This document shows positions 22,558 through 34,800 of a DNA stretch of 34,800 nt, in pieces; within the stretch, counting starts at the first letter, position 1; each line of letters opens with the position of its first letter. Position numbers and translations under genes: made by a program. Location of the stretch: positions 1 through 34,800 of the forward strand of contig NW_014569448.1 of assembly GCF_000743755.1 (NCBI RefSeq). The letters run 5' to 3'. This DNA comes from Blastocystis sp. subtype 4 (taxonomy: Eukaryota). Below the pieces are notes generated by a model that searched no databases, was not told the origin of the DNA, and was given only the letters and a program-made list of their open reading frames with translations.

Positions 22558-24623
22558 TCATGAGAGTAACAGTTGCGAACACTCCCGAAGGTAAAATTTG
22601 ATAAGGTCATTTCCAAAGGAACAGTTTATGAGTTTATCCACTATAGATGCCATTTCATTTCCAAAGGCGTTATTCTTGGGTTTCATTATGAAAATTCTTC
22701 TTAATAACCGCAATCCAGATAAAACAACACTATTTATTAGAGCAGCAACCATCTCCAACTTTGCTTTTTCACTTTCAAGACACCGTTTCAGAATATTCGA
22801 AACAATAAGATATTCTTCTGATTTTGTTGGTACTAGTTTCGTTTGCATTACATCGATACAAGTTGAAAGGAGAACAGGATCTGTTATTGAGTCTATCACT
22901 CTCCAGTAGTCCTGGTTCCGAAGCAACCGCTGAAGGATACTTCGCCTTCGAGACAATGTGCTAATGACAGTCTGATTGGATATTGATAGACTTCGACGAG
23001 GAGAGTTTGGAGAAGGGTTTGTTGTACGGACCGATTGAACCAAAGTATGAGAAAGAGAGGAAGGAGTAGAGGAAGGAGTAGAGGAAGGAGTAGATGGATG
23101 TGAGATATGCGAAGAAGAATGGCAGGAACTTGAACGAGGAATAACAGGTGACTGAGTATCAGTGGTTCGTGATCGAGAGAACGTAGAACGAGGGGGAATA
23201 ACTGACAGACGAGGTGTACTAGAGCCAGCGTGAAGTGCTGATTTGACAACAGATTGTGAGAGACGAGCCATACAAGCCTTCTGATGTGTGGCCAGCGGAG
23301 ATGTCAGAATAACCCCCTGGTGGGTATCTTCATGGACTGTTGATTCCTCACTCACCACTAGAGAAACGTCATCACTGATGGGAACATTCCCAGAGTCACC
23401 ATCAGACTCACAGATAATTGAATCAGTCGCCAAACTCTCTAACAGAGAAAGAGATTCAGGTGATAGAGGATCCACTGGAACAGATGCATTTCGAATGATC
23501 TGGAGAATCGATGGATCTTCCATAGAATAGGGTTCTTCTGTCGACGAAACGGAACCAGAGAATGTATTGAAGAATAATCCACTCACATGGAGAAGGCACT
23601 CATTCACTTCCACAATTGGAGTTAACATGGTTTTACCATGCGTTCCAAGATCCGTAATATGAGAAAAATTAGAATAAGATACACTAGGTTGGAAGGAAGA
23701 ATTCATTAACTGAATGGTTGTTTCATTCGACATCAAATAATGAGAATCTTCAAATGGAACAAAAAGAGATGGAGAAAAAGGGAGCTTAAAGTGAACAGAA
23801 TGAGTATCTCTTACTTCGACAGAAATTTCAATTGATTGTGAATCTAAATTCACAGAATTGAGAGTTGTCTTGCATATAGTTAGTAGTTGATTTGAATGAG
23901 AAAGAGCGTATGTTGATGCAGGAGGTAGTTGAAGTTGAAGAGAGTGCTGCAAATTCCGCTTATCCCAGAGATTAACAAAACCAGATGTGTCTGCTGATAG
24001 AAGCATCTCCTTGAAAGCGAGAGAATGTAACCATTGAATGGGAGAGTTATGACCAGAAAACTCACTTACAATGGCTTGCTGACGGTAATCATATACCTAG
24101 AATAAACGGAACAATGCATCATTACTGAGATGACTCCAGTGGATAATCCACAATAGATACATTTACTATCTGACATGTCAATTATCGTACACAGATCTGT
24201 ATCCAAAGAGAGGACTTGATGACCTAATCATATCATTCCAACAATCAAAATCTACATTGTGAAGTACCAAAATCAAAGATTCGAACTGAATTATCGATAC
24301 AACTTACAGCGACGTTACTTTCACTATCATCCACTTCCAGAGTAATTGTATCCATCTCATCCGTATTGTACAGCTATTTAATGAACAACAGATCCATTTT
24401 AAACCTGTACAGGTGCCTCCTTTTGAAATGACCATAGTTTTACTGGATCATTACAACCACATGTCAAAACGAATGATCCCTGCAATATAAAGAATAATCT
24501 TCATCCATACAGAGGATTTGCACAATCTGCAATTGGAGATACCAGATGAATGAGCAGCTACATTCACTATAATGAGAAATTCATTTCAAGATGATTACAT
24601 AACTCGATAGGACGCTGAATCAT
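22558..24623 (-). CDS. KATNB1: katanin p80 WD40 subunit-like
   Basis: N-terminal MIQRPIELLNVAAHSSGISNC and WD40 repeats, an S/P-rich linker, and a C-terminal con80-like region (STLSRRRSILQRL...DPVLLSTCIDVM...CLESE...GLRLLRRIF). Confidence 0.7.
23057..23092. repeat. 12-bp coding tandem repeat x3 (PSST-type linker)
   Basis: gaggaaggagta repeated three times. Confidence 0.9.
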
Positions 24624-24636
24624 AAACAAACAAAAC

Positions 24637-26440
24637 AATGAACAGAACTCTTTTTCCATGCTTTAAATATCCGTAACATATCAAATGAAAACTATAAGTT
24701 ACAAACTCACTCCATCCTTACATCCGGAATAAACTCATACAATTTTGTACACTGATATTGCTTATCTCGTAACCGTTTCCAAATTCCAAGACTGTAGAGA
24801 AGAGACTTCAAGTCGGGATCTGAAATATTATCTCCTCCTTTCACTCGTAATAAGATTCCATTGGAGTAAATAATCCTCATAAATACAAAATCGTTATCAA
24901 AATGATAATAGAACACCATATCGTTGAGAGAAGTAAATGCGACTGTTGCTCGTACGAACGCAGCGTAAAAACGAATCGACTGAATCACAGACTCAGCCTC
25001 TTCTTCCAAATCAAATTGATCATTGGACAACTTCATGTCAACCATGTCAATTATTCTCACCAGATTCAATTTCAATGCAGTGTCATTATATCGGGATTCA
25101 ACTTGATTAAATGATCGTTGTTCATTATCAATATCATCAGCACTTTCATTGATCAAGCAATATGCATTCTATCTCTCAATTATCATTCTGTCTCCTACAT
25201 ATAAGGAAGAATAATACGGTTCTTCTTCAATCAGCATGGATGACGCTTCCACCACACGATTTACACTCTATACCTCAAATCCGCTACAGATTCTCACCTC
25301 CATTGAAGGAAGCGAATCCAATTGGCTTCGCAGATCGTTAACGAGTCGCTGAGCCACATCGTGGACATCAAAGGTGAATACAATTGGTGTTGCTGGTTCT
25401 TCAGTACCCACATGAGATAATCGTGGAGACCGTAAATGTTCTGGATCGAACGAAGGACTTGTAGAATCGTCACAAGACTAGGAATCAACCTTCACTCCAA
25501 TACTTACAGAGAGACGAGAATTGAACAGATTATTCTGTTGTACGAGAGTATCTAGAAATCATTCTCTTTTCATTCCCTCACCAATCTCACCAGGAATCAC
25601 AGAGTCTCGTTGGGATTCTGGTTCAGGACTGATTGGTATTTCTTCCACCATATTCTCTTCAGGAACTTTGGTATCTCTTTGCTCTGCTTCCCGTTCCGCC
25701 CGTATTTGAGCAATCATGGCATAATATTTGGCATTCACCTCTTTTAGTTCTTGTTCTCGTTTCAAGTAGTTGCGAAGTCTGCCACAGGGGATGGAGCGAT
25801 AGATATCCTCTGGAGAATTCCGTTGAGTCATATTTACAGAATCTCTTGTTGACGAAATATCATCATCGTCATCATCATCATCATCCAATCTACTCAGAAT
25901 TTCATCATTTCTTTTCGTTTCCTCACTCTCCATAAAGATGATAGACGAACGACGTTTCTTGTGTTCCATTTCTTCACAACTCTATTAATGAATCCGAATA
26001 ATAGCTACTACTATACTTGGAAGGGTACGAAGCAACGTGGCCGGATCATTCTCATCAAACTCAACAATATCAACTCCAATGAAATTGATTGGATTCATTT
26101 TATATGGTGAATACGTCGGTAACATACAAGAACACTCAGGAATGGCATAACAAGCTGAAGGATAGACAATACTACCAATTTCGCGTGTTCGACTAAATGG
26201 AGGTTGTCCAATAGAATACCGAGGAGGAAGAGCTGAATCTGGGATCTGTGTTGTTGAAACACAATTATGATTTTGAGAAGCACATGAATCTGGTTTAGAA
26301 AGTGACTAGAGATAATCAAGGACATGTATCATGACATAATCACTAACACGAGAAGATGCAGATGGAACTCCACATGCATCATAGTTAGGTGTGGAAGGGT
26401 AATCTTGATCCAGGTATAGACTTGGATCTTCGTTATTCAT
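24637..26440 (-). CDS. hypothetical protein (disordered N-terminus, poly-Asp, coiled coils, globular C-terminus)
   Basis: Continuous frame from MNNEDPSLY... after removing several short GT-AG introns, ending ...FKAWKKSSVH then T24637+poly(A). Confidence 0.6.
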
Positions 26441-26450
26441 CAGTAAAAGA

Positions 26451-27093
26451 ATGTTTAGCAAGGCCATTTTTCTGTCTACGCGAAGATCCCTTCTTTCTTT
26501 TCCACGTCTTTTCCCTTGTTTAGCTATTCACACATATGTCACTCCTGATGAGTGTATTCTCAAGAAAGATGAAGTTTATATGTTTACTGATACTGGTATA
26601 ATTTTTGCTACCTATTTGAACGATCAGGTGTTCGTTATTTAGACTTGGCAGTTGGTGAAGGTGATCCTTGCAAGAAAGGTTCGTTTACATAAGGGAACTG
26701 ATACACTAGGTGATGTTATTCATATTCACCATAAAGGAAGGATTCTAAATACGGGAAAGCCGATTCCTGAGAATAGTTATGAAATTGGAATGCCGTTAAC
26801 ACTTCGTATAGGAGTTGGGTAATTACGTAAGATTCAATGAACTGAAGGATGGTAATGCCTGCATGGGATGAAGCGATTCTTGGAATGAAAGTGGGAGGAA
26901 AGCGTAAAATTATATGTACTCCTGATAAAGCGTATGAATATGTGAATCGACTGATGTGTAGGTTTGGTGACAAAGGAACTCCTTATATTCCTCCCCATGC
27001 AGTATTATTTTCTTGGATTTATCATTTTAGACACTCATATATGAAATTAGCTTGGTGGCAATCGGTCTGGATTATCTTAAAGGTTTGGAATAA
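26451..27093 (+). CDS. FKBP-type peptidyl-prolyl isomerase with mitochondrial-type presequence
   Basis: DLAVGEG, VMPAWDEAILGMKVGGKRKIICTPDKAFG...IPPHATLIYEISL. The N-terminus MFSKAIFLSTRRSLLSFPR is R/S/L-rich with no acidic residues. Confidence 0.9.
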
Positions 27094-27144
27094 ATGTATA
27101 ATTGGGTTTGCCTATTGTTACTTCAACAAAGAACAAAACTAAAA

Positions 27145-30100
27145 TCATTGCGTCTGACAGTGACCATCTTCGTCATCTACCTTCCTTCGTTTACTGTCTT
27201 CTTCCTTTCCACCACTTCGTTTTACACTCTTTTTTGGAACAGTTGTAGGTACATCATTTATACTTGATGGAAGTGTATCTCTATGTGTAGTTTTTATATC
27301 CTTCTTCATATTATGGATTTTATCTTTCATTGATAATAACTCTTTCTCCAGATTCATCGTTTCTTCTCCCACCACTTCATCCTTTTCCCGCGGTTCTGTT
27401 ACATTCCTTGGGAGTTTCGCTATTTCACGTGATTCCACTGTTAATGATCGGTTCTTCTTCTCAAGTTCTTCCACTCTCGCCTTATATCGTTTCCGATCCT
27501 CCACAATATGACGGATTTGATCCAATTGAGCTTGAGTAAGCTTATTCTTCTCCAGCTCCTTCACACGACGTTTCTGTTTCTCTAGTTCCTCCTTTACTAC
27601 ACTTTGCTCCATCAACAAACGTAGTTTCTCTTCTTTCTCTCCTTTCAAGTTCTCTTCTGCTTCAGTCTTCGCTTTAACAGCCATTGCTTCCTTCTCCTGC
27701 CACTCTCCTACTGTAGCCTCCAGTGAATCCACATCATTCTGTAGAGCAGTTACTCTCGTCTTCTCTTTCTTCAGATCAGCTTCCAATTCTGTCATTCGTT
27801 CCAGAGATTGTTCCAAAGTCTTTCTCTTTGCCTTCTCTGTCTCTAGATCTGTCTCTAAATGAACCCTCTCCATTCTCTTCTCCTCCAACTGATTCTTCAA
27901 CTCTTCTGATGCTTTTCGTTTCTCTTCTATCATCGTTATCTTCTCTTGGTTGGCCTTCTGTAGTTCATTCTGAAGTGTAACGAATGACTGTCGTAGTGCT
28001 TCTCCACGTGCTTTCAACTGCATCGTCTCTGTCTCCAATTCTTTCTGCCGCTTCATGGATGATTCGAATTGATTCTGTATATCTCTCTCTCGTATTTCTG
28101 CTTCACTTCGCTTCTTGGACTCAGTTTCCAACTCTACCTGAAATCGCTTCTCATTCTCTTTCAGAGTCTCCTCCAGTTTCAAAGTTTCACTTGCTAATTC
28201 TTCTTTCATTACACTCAATTGATGTTCCTTCTCTTCTACTTCCTTCTTCGCTTCACTTACCTTCTCATTCGTTTTTACTAATTCTTCATTCACTTCCTTC
28301 ATTCGCTCCTCCTGCTCCTTCATTGTCTCTTCCCTTCTCTTCCCTTCTTCCTTCTCTTCTTCCAGCTGTTCTTTCATCATTTTTAGCTCTTCATTCAATT
28401 GTTTCTCCTTCTCCTTCTCTTCATCCAACTCCTTCTTCATCTCATCCACCAATATTTCCTTCTCCTCCACCTCCTTTTCCAGTCTCTTCACCTTATCTGT
28501 CAAAGCATGTAATGATGATGCCTCTTCCTGAAGACTCTCCAGTTCGATCTGCTGTTGATGCCAGCGTTGCTCTGACAATGTTAACGACTTCCGCATCTCA
28601 TTCAACTGATTAGGAAGACTTTGGAGTTCCTGAAGAGTTTTCTCTTTGTTGGCTATAGACTCTTGTAGGGATGTAATCACTTCTTCTTTGTTCTTCAGTG
28701 TCTCTTCCAGCTGGGAAATCGATTCCTCTGTAGTTGATTTCAGCTGTTGGAGTTGCTCATCCTTCTCCAAGCACTCCTTCTCCAATTGTGTCTCTCTCTT
28801 CTTCCATTTCTCAGATTCTGTCGTCAACATTTGTCTTTGATTCTCCATCTCACCCTTTGCCTCACTCAACTGTCTTTCAGTCTCCTCCTTCTCCTTCATC
28901 CGTCTCTCTACTTCACTCATTACCTCATTCAACTGTCTCTCAATCTCTTCCTTCTCCTTTGTCTGTCTCTCTACCTCCTTCTCCATTTCACTCTTCTCCT
29001 TCTCTATCGCATGAAGTTGTAACTCCCGATTCTCTTTCTCATGAGCAGCACTTGCCAATTCTTTCCTCAGTTCTGATACAGCCTGGTCACGTTGTTTCAT
29101 TTGTTCTTGTAAATCTGCTATCTGCTCTTCCAGCTCTTCCACTGTATTCGCTGCCTTCATATTACTGCTTTGAATCTCAATGTATTGGGCTTCTGATCGT
29201 CTCAATTCTTCTCGAAGCGAGGTGGCTAATGACTGTTGTTCTTGGGTATCAGCTCTTAGATCGACTAGTTCTGACTCGAGTCTGTTCTTATCACTCACTG
29301 CAGTATTCAGAGCCTGTTCCAATTGGTCTTTCGATCCACGCACTTCTGCTAACACTTTCTCCACTTCATCCAGCTCTTCCTTCACCAATAACAACTGCCT
29401 ATCCAATTCCTCACGTGCATTACGCTGTTGTTCCAACTGACGTTCCAAATCCCGCTTCTCATTTTGAAGTACTTCACTTTCTCGCTTTGCATCCTCACAG
29501 CCTGATCGAGATGCATTTAGTTCTCTCACACACTCTTCATAGGCGGTATTCTTTCTCTGAAGATCCGAGGCCAATTGTTCTTTCTCTTGTTCCTTCTCTT
29601 GTAGCATCGACTCAACATTCTCCAACTGCATCTGAGTCTCCTTCTGCCTCTTACGGAGTTGTTCAATGAAATTTTCCAACGCTGTAACTTTAGTTTGAAT
29701 AGTTAATAGCTCAGATTCACTCACACGCAACTCATTGGATACTGACTCTGTTTTCTGTTCTGCTGCCACCAGAGATTCATTCATTTGTTCTTTCTCTGTT
29801 TCTAATGCTTTCATCTCCATTAACCTCTCACTCAGTTGCTGTTCTAATGATTGGATCTTAGTTTCCAGAGTTTCATGCTCCAAAGCCATCTCCTTCATTC
29901 GGATCTCAATCTTCCCATTATCAGCAGCTGCTACTTGGGATTGTCGCTCTGCTTGGAGATACCGAGCTGAAGCATCTTCCAACTCTTTTGCCAACCGCGT
30001 TTTTGTTTCTTCTGCTGCTTCTAAGGCTTGTTCCAGACGCCGACGTTCAGCTGCCTCTTGTTCTTTCCGTGTCTCCATCTCTTGCTTCACAGAGAGCTCA

Positions 30101-32820
30101 ATACCTCGCTTCTCAGCCTCTAGAATCTCCACTTGCAGTCGTAATTTCGATGTTGCATCCTGTAGATGAGTCATCTCCTCCTTCTGTTGGGCTACAGTCG
30201 ATTGATACTTCTCCTCAATTCGCTGAAGACTTGTTTGCAAAGACTGCACTTCTTGAGTGCGCATCCTCAGCTGCGACGAGGTTTCTTCGTGTTCCTGTTG
30301 CTGTTCTGCTAGAGCTTGCTCCGAACTCTTCAGTTGTTCCTTCAGCATTGTGACCATATCACTCTGAAGCTGGAATGATTGAAGCTGCTTCTGGAGAGAC
30401 TGTACCTGCTCTTGAAGAGAGAAAACTTGTTGTGTAGAGTCATGTAAGGCAGTTTGCAGCCGAGTTTGGTCATCTTTCAAGTGCATATTATCTCGTAACG
30501 CTTCCTCCAACTGAGCTTGTATCGTCTCTAACTCTTTCTTATACTGTTCTTGTTGCGAACTGAACGAGAGACGTTCTGCGTCTTGGAATTTTGTCTTCAT
30601 CTCGCATAGCGAAGCATCATACACAGCCAAAGCAGTAGTAAGTATATGAACGCGATTAGACCACGTTGTGATCTGCTTTTCCATCTCATGTTGCATCATC
30701 AATTTCTCTCTCTTGGATGCAGCCTGGAGAGAATCGTATTTGGTAATGCTGCTCTGTAGTTCTGATTGGAGCGTCTCTTGTTTTGATTGAAAAGTGTCTA
30801 ACTGAGATCGAAGAGAATCTCGTTCCGACAGAATGGCATCTTGTTCTGATTGAATCGACTTCATTGCATTTTCATTTGTCAATAACTCCTCTCGTAATGA
30901 ATTCCGTTCTGATTGAAGGACATCTCGTTCTGATTCACTCTTCAGAAGGGCTGACTGCATCGATTTCAATTCCTCACGACATTTCATTAACTCACCCTGC
31001 ACTGATTCACTCTCACTAGACATTTCTCGAGGTTTATCCAGTATTTCACTTCGACTCTTCCGTATCGCCTGCAACTGACATCTATCTTACATGCTCCACA
31101 TACTTCCTACTCCAGAGTGGATGATCGAAGTGTTAATAACTTCAACTGGCTCTCTAGATCCTTCTTCTCATTCTTCAGACTCAACGTCTCTTCATCCAAC
31201 CCCTTCATCATTCGTTCTTTCTCCTCCAAATCATCACATCTCATTGCCAATTGATGCTTCTCCTTCTCCAATTCTTGAATCCTTGTTTCTAATTCTTTGG
31301 TTCTCTTAGCCTCTTCTTCAAATCCACTCATTCGATTCATCTCATTCTCTAACTCTTCATTGCTTGATTTCAATTCATTCACTTGCTTTACTGTCTCTTC
31401 TACCTTCCCAGAAAGTTCATCATTTGTCATGGTTATCTTTGAAATCATATCATTCGCCTGATCCAATGAATGAGATACAGTATCAAACATATCACGGGAA
31501 ATCTTCAATTCTTCCTGAATCTGTGCTAACTGTTTCACGCCTTCTTCTTTCTCTTTGGTAACTTGGTGTAACTCTTGTCGTAGTGTCGAAATTACCACCA
31601 AATGATTGACTGTGTGTCGAATAACAGGACTCTGCTTAAGTTTCTGCAAACGATGCGATAGTAACAAGGTGCGACGACTTATGGTCTACAATGAAACTCC
31701 TATCTAATCATTACCTCGTGATCATGAGAAGGATCAACTACTGACAAGACAACTGTGTGAGAGGTTGATTGCAAAGCAGGTCGCAGAAAATGTGTCAGTT
31801 TTGTGTAATTCCAGTTCACAGTGTCAGCATGATTATTATCCTGTGACAGAGAAGTCACTACACGATAGAATGCCGTAAAACCTCGAGAGAGTTGATTTTC
31901 TCGTGGTGAAAACTGGGTACTTGTGGGTTCCAAATGAAGAGTCTCCATACCTGGAAGAAGAACGAAGTTCAATTCACCATTGAGAACTTCTCCATTCATC
32001 CTATAAACAGAATCATCAGCAACACGACTATCACAAAGGACACGAATCACCATACATCGATTGGACTCATAGGTTGCTTCAGATTCATGGAGACTATTAT
32101 GACGATCCAAACCCTGGGTAACAATCTACATGTGAGAAGATGAGATGTTAATACTGATTTAAACTCCTCAATCGATTTAAATACACTTTCAGTACATGAA
32201 ATCTTATAAGAATCGTGAAGATCTGCAATATCCGTTTTTAGGGTTAGTTCTGAGAGGAGATCACGAATGGCCTCATTGTAAATCTCTAAAACGCTGGCTC
32301 GGGTAATATAAATGCGTTCAGTAGACTAAACATCAGAAACTAGATAGCAATACCAACACCCTCAATCCGCTGTAACATATCACTTACAATCAATGTAATA
32401 AGACCTTTAAACTCTTCACAGCCATTAAAGAGAGTTTCGATTCCACAACTCGTTTCTCCCAAGCCCAAAAGAAAACCTAGTAAATAAAACTAATTACAAA
32501 CAAAGACAATTCACTCCATCTACAACATCGGAGCCCAACGTTTGAAGAGAACGAGAATGAATAATCTCACTGTTTTCTTCATTGTTAAATACAGAATCTA
32601 CAATTTAAAAAAGATATAAGTCAATACTGAAGGAATAGGAGTTTTCACTCAACTCCATCCCATTTTCATCCACGTTCTTCACGCGTTTATTCAGTAAATC
32701 GAAAGAATAACACAAGTTATCTCCAAATTCTCTCTAAATCATTATTGCTAAAGGGTGCTGTCTTACAGAAGGAGGTCCAGCCGCCTTTACAATCACTTGG
32801 AGATTCTGAGCGCTGTCCAT
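27145..32820 (-). CDS. kinesin-like protein with degenerate motor domain, ~1500-aa coiled coil and C-terminal CaaX (CQTQ)
   Basis: Motor remnants SVLEIYNEAIRDLL, GELNFVLLPGME and WNYTKLTHFLRPAL. E/K/Q-rich coiled coil in ORFs 31107-31667 and 27145-31074. Ends DGHCQTQ*. Confidence 0.85.
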
Positions 32821-33899
32821 TCAATTCAAATCCTCCTAACAATCAATGATTTCTTTCGCGCTATTTGTAATCAGTGATTCAATTAAATGGAATTCCGGAA
32901 ATATAATGGTATTTCTGTGACGAATCTGAGGATTAATTGGTTAGATAGTAAGAGTGTGTTAGGATATTTAGCGCTGGTAAGGTTATGTATAGATTCTTAT
33001 GTTATTCAGTCATATCCACTCAATGTGAAGGATACTAGATGAATGAGATAGAGGTGCAGTATCGATTGAAATGAGTACAATGGATTTGAGGAATAAGTAA
33101 TCACTAAGAGTTTCATTCAGGACCTCATTCCTGTTTCTTAGTGTGAGTAAGAATAGTGTGTATTCAATACAACACATCTGATAGAATGATTGAGATAAAA
33201 GAATTGGATTGCTTCTTATGAAGTGTGATAATACTAACCACACTCAGATTCAGAGAGGGGTGATGAAGGTGTTTCAGTGATTCATATTCGTCTATTGTCT
33301 CGATAATGAAGTAATAAACAGTAACTCATTCATTGTATCCAATTCATATCTTCTCACAATGTTTCATACACTTCATAAGTGTCAACAATTCGCCATTGGA
33401 TCTCCATTTCTTCTTCACATCAAATCAATCAACACACTTCTTCTACACACTCATTCAAGCAGTCTCTCTTCTTATCATTCATCCCTCAGAGAGAGTGTAG
33501 ATAGTTGAGTGTGTTGATATGAATAGGAGGTGTTGATAGAGTGTATGGATGGTGTATCAGATTGAATGATGAAAACAAGATATGTTGAATGAGAGATTAT
33601 CAGAGATGACACACAATTCATATTCAAATCATAATGATTCGATATAGAATGAGATGAATTGTAGATAGTTTGAGTTGATGAATAGGAGTATAATCAATTA
33701 CTATCATCTCTATCCACTCTCATCCAAACAGGGACATTTAACAAATACATTTCATATTGGAATCATCATTCATCTTCAGTCACAACTCTCAATTCTTCAA
33801 CAATCCAATCAATCACTTCAATCTATCTTAATATATTCACATAGGATATGAATGATGCTATCCTTCACTACCTCATCAATCTAATCCACATCATTCTCT

Positions 33900-34800
33900 C
33901 ATATCATCTTATCATCCTATTCATTATCAACAAATACAATCAGTTTATTAGTATATAACGCAATACTTCTTTGATATAAAGCTACTCTTCTGTCGAATGA
34001 ATCGATCAAGAGAATCAGCATCTTGATTATTATTGATAAATCAATCATACTTGAACTATTCAATTCTTTCACATACCAGAATGGAAGATCATCCATCTGA
34101 ATTCCATGTTCAGTGAGTGATGGAATATCTAATTCAAATTTAATATCAATCATCACTCTTTAACGTCACTTTGCCTATCCTAGGAAATTACATCCAGTTC
34201 CTTTGAATGAAGATAGAGAAGGAAGATCTGGTCAATCAATCATCATTATCAATTCATTCGATTCAGCAGCATCCACATCACCTCTAAGAGCGCATAACCC
34301 AAGTTTGATGGATTGAAGTTGAATCAGATCTCATTCATCAGTCATTCAATCATTCATACTCTCAAACACTGTTGAACGACACCACTCGAGTACATAACAG
34401 TCCAATTAAATGGATATGAGAGAAGACAGATTCTTCAATTCAAATGATTCATAATACATGACTCCCCATCAATGATAATGTGTTTCAATTGATCACAATT
34501 CATTATCAAACATTTGTTTCCTTTTTTTCTTATCGAATTTGAAACATTTCTTTCCAATGATGATAGTCTTCAATTCATTCAATCCATCAATCACAAATCG
34601 ACTCACTTTCTTAAAACAATCATTTCCAATCTCAATTCGTTTCAATGATATCAATGAATAGTTCAGTATCAATGATGATATATCAGGATTGAAATAATCA
34701 TCAATAATCAGAGATTCAATACAACTAGTAACAATCAATTCAGAATCATCAATCCATTTCATTCTCATATCATCATTAACATCAATAACAACATCATCTT
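33900..34800 (-). pseudogene. degraded leucine-rich repeat (BspA/LRR_5-like) gene remnant
   Basis: LKRIEIGNDCFKKVSRFVIDGLNELKTIIIGKKCF, NLIQLQSIKLG, DLPSLSSFKG and DIPSLT fragments interrupted by stops and frameshifts in very AT-rich sequence. Confidence 0.7.

Noticed and set aside
25294..25969. KNL1/Spc7 identity (RRSSI motif, W-rich ORF 25294..25488)
   Set aside because: Splicing uses a different frame from the W-rich ORF, and there are no RVSF or MELT motifs.
27330..31561. Plus-strand S/L/P/F-rich ORFs
   Set aside because: Antisense shadows of the E/K-rich coiled-coil exons.
1..34800. Alternative genetic code or widespread pseudogenisation to explain fragmented ORFs
   Set aside because: The stops I examined fall within ~30-nt introns whose removal restores conserved proteins under the standard code.

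Overview
Gene-dense, AT-rich eukaryotic DNA with many tiny (~25-35 nt) GT-AG introns, very short intergenic spacers and a TGTTTGTT element at gene 3' ends. These are hallmarks of the gut stramenopile Blastocystis; the taxon is inferred from these features. After manual splicing I read about 16 genes: a partial unknown gene, a very long modular metallothionein-like gene broken by a 25-nt deletion, a DENN-domain protein containing an AT-AC (U12-type) intron, a GT61 glycosyltransferase, a calponin-homology (CH) protein with a C-terminal tail anchor, ketopantoate reductase, an FG nucleoporin, ARPC2, a WD40 protein, RNase Z, a large Ig-like surface protein, Mis18/Yippee, katanin p80, a hypothetical protein, an FKBP with a presequence, and a giant coiled-coil kinesin-like protein. 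Degraded LRR/BspA-like remnants follow. The most notable observations are: (1) a kinesin whose ATPase motifs are all degenerate but which ends in a CENP-E/CENP-F-type CaaX (CQTQ); (2) three genes whose stop codon is predicted to be created by polyadenylation, with palindromic shared poly(A) signals between convergent genes; (3) the giant metallothionein; (4) the tail-anchored CH protein; (5) the U12 intron. All exon structures are manual predictions without transcript data.
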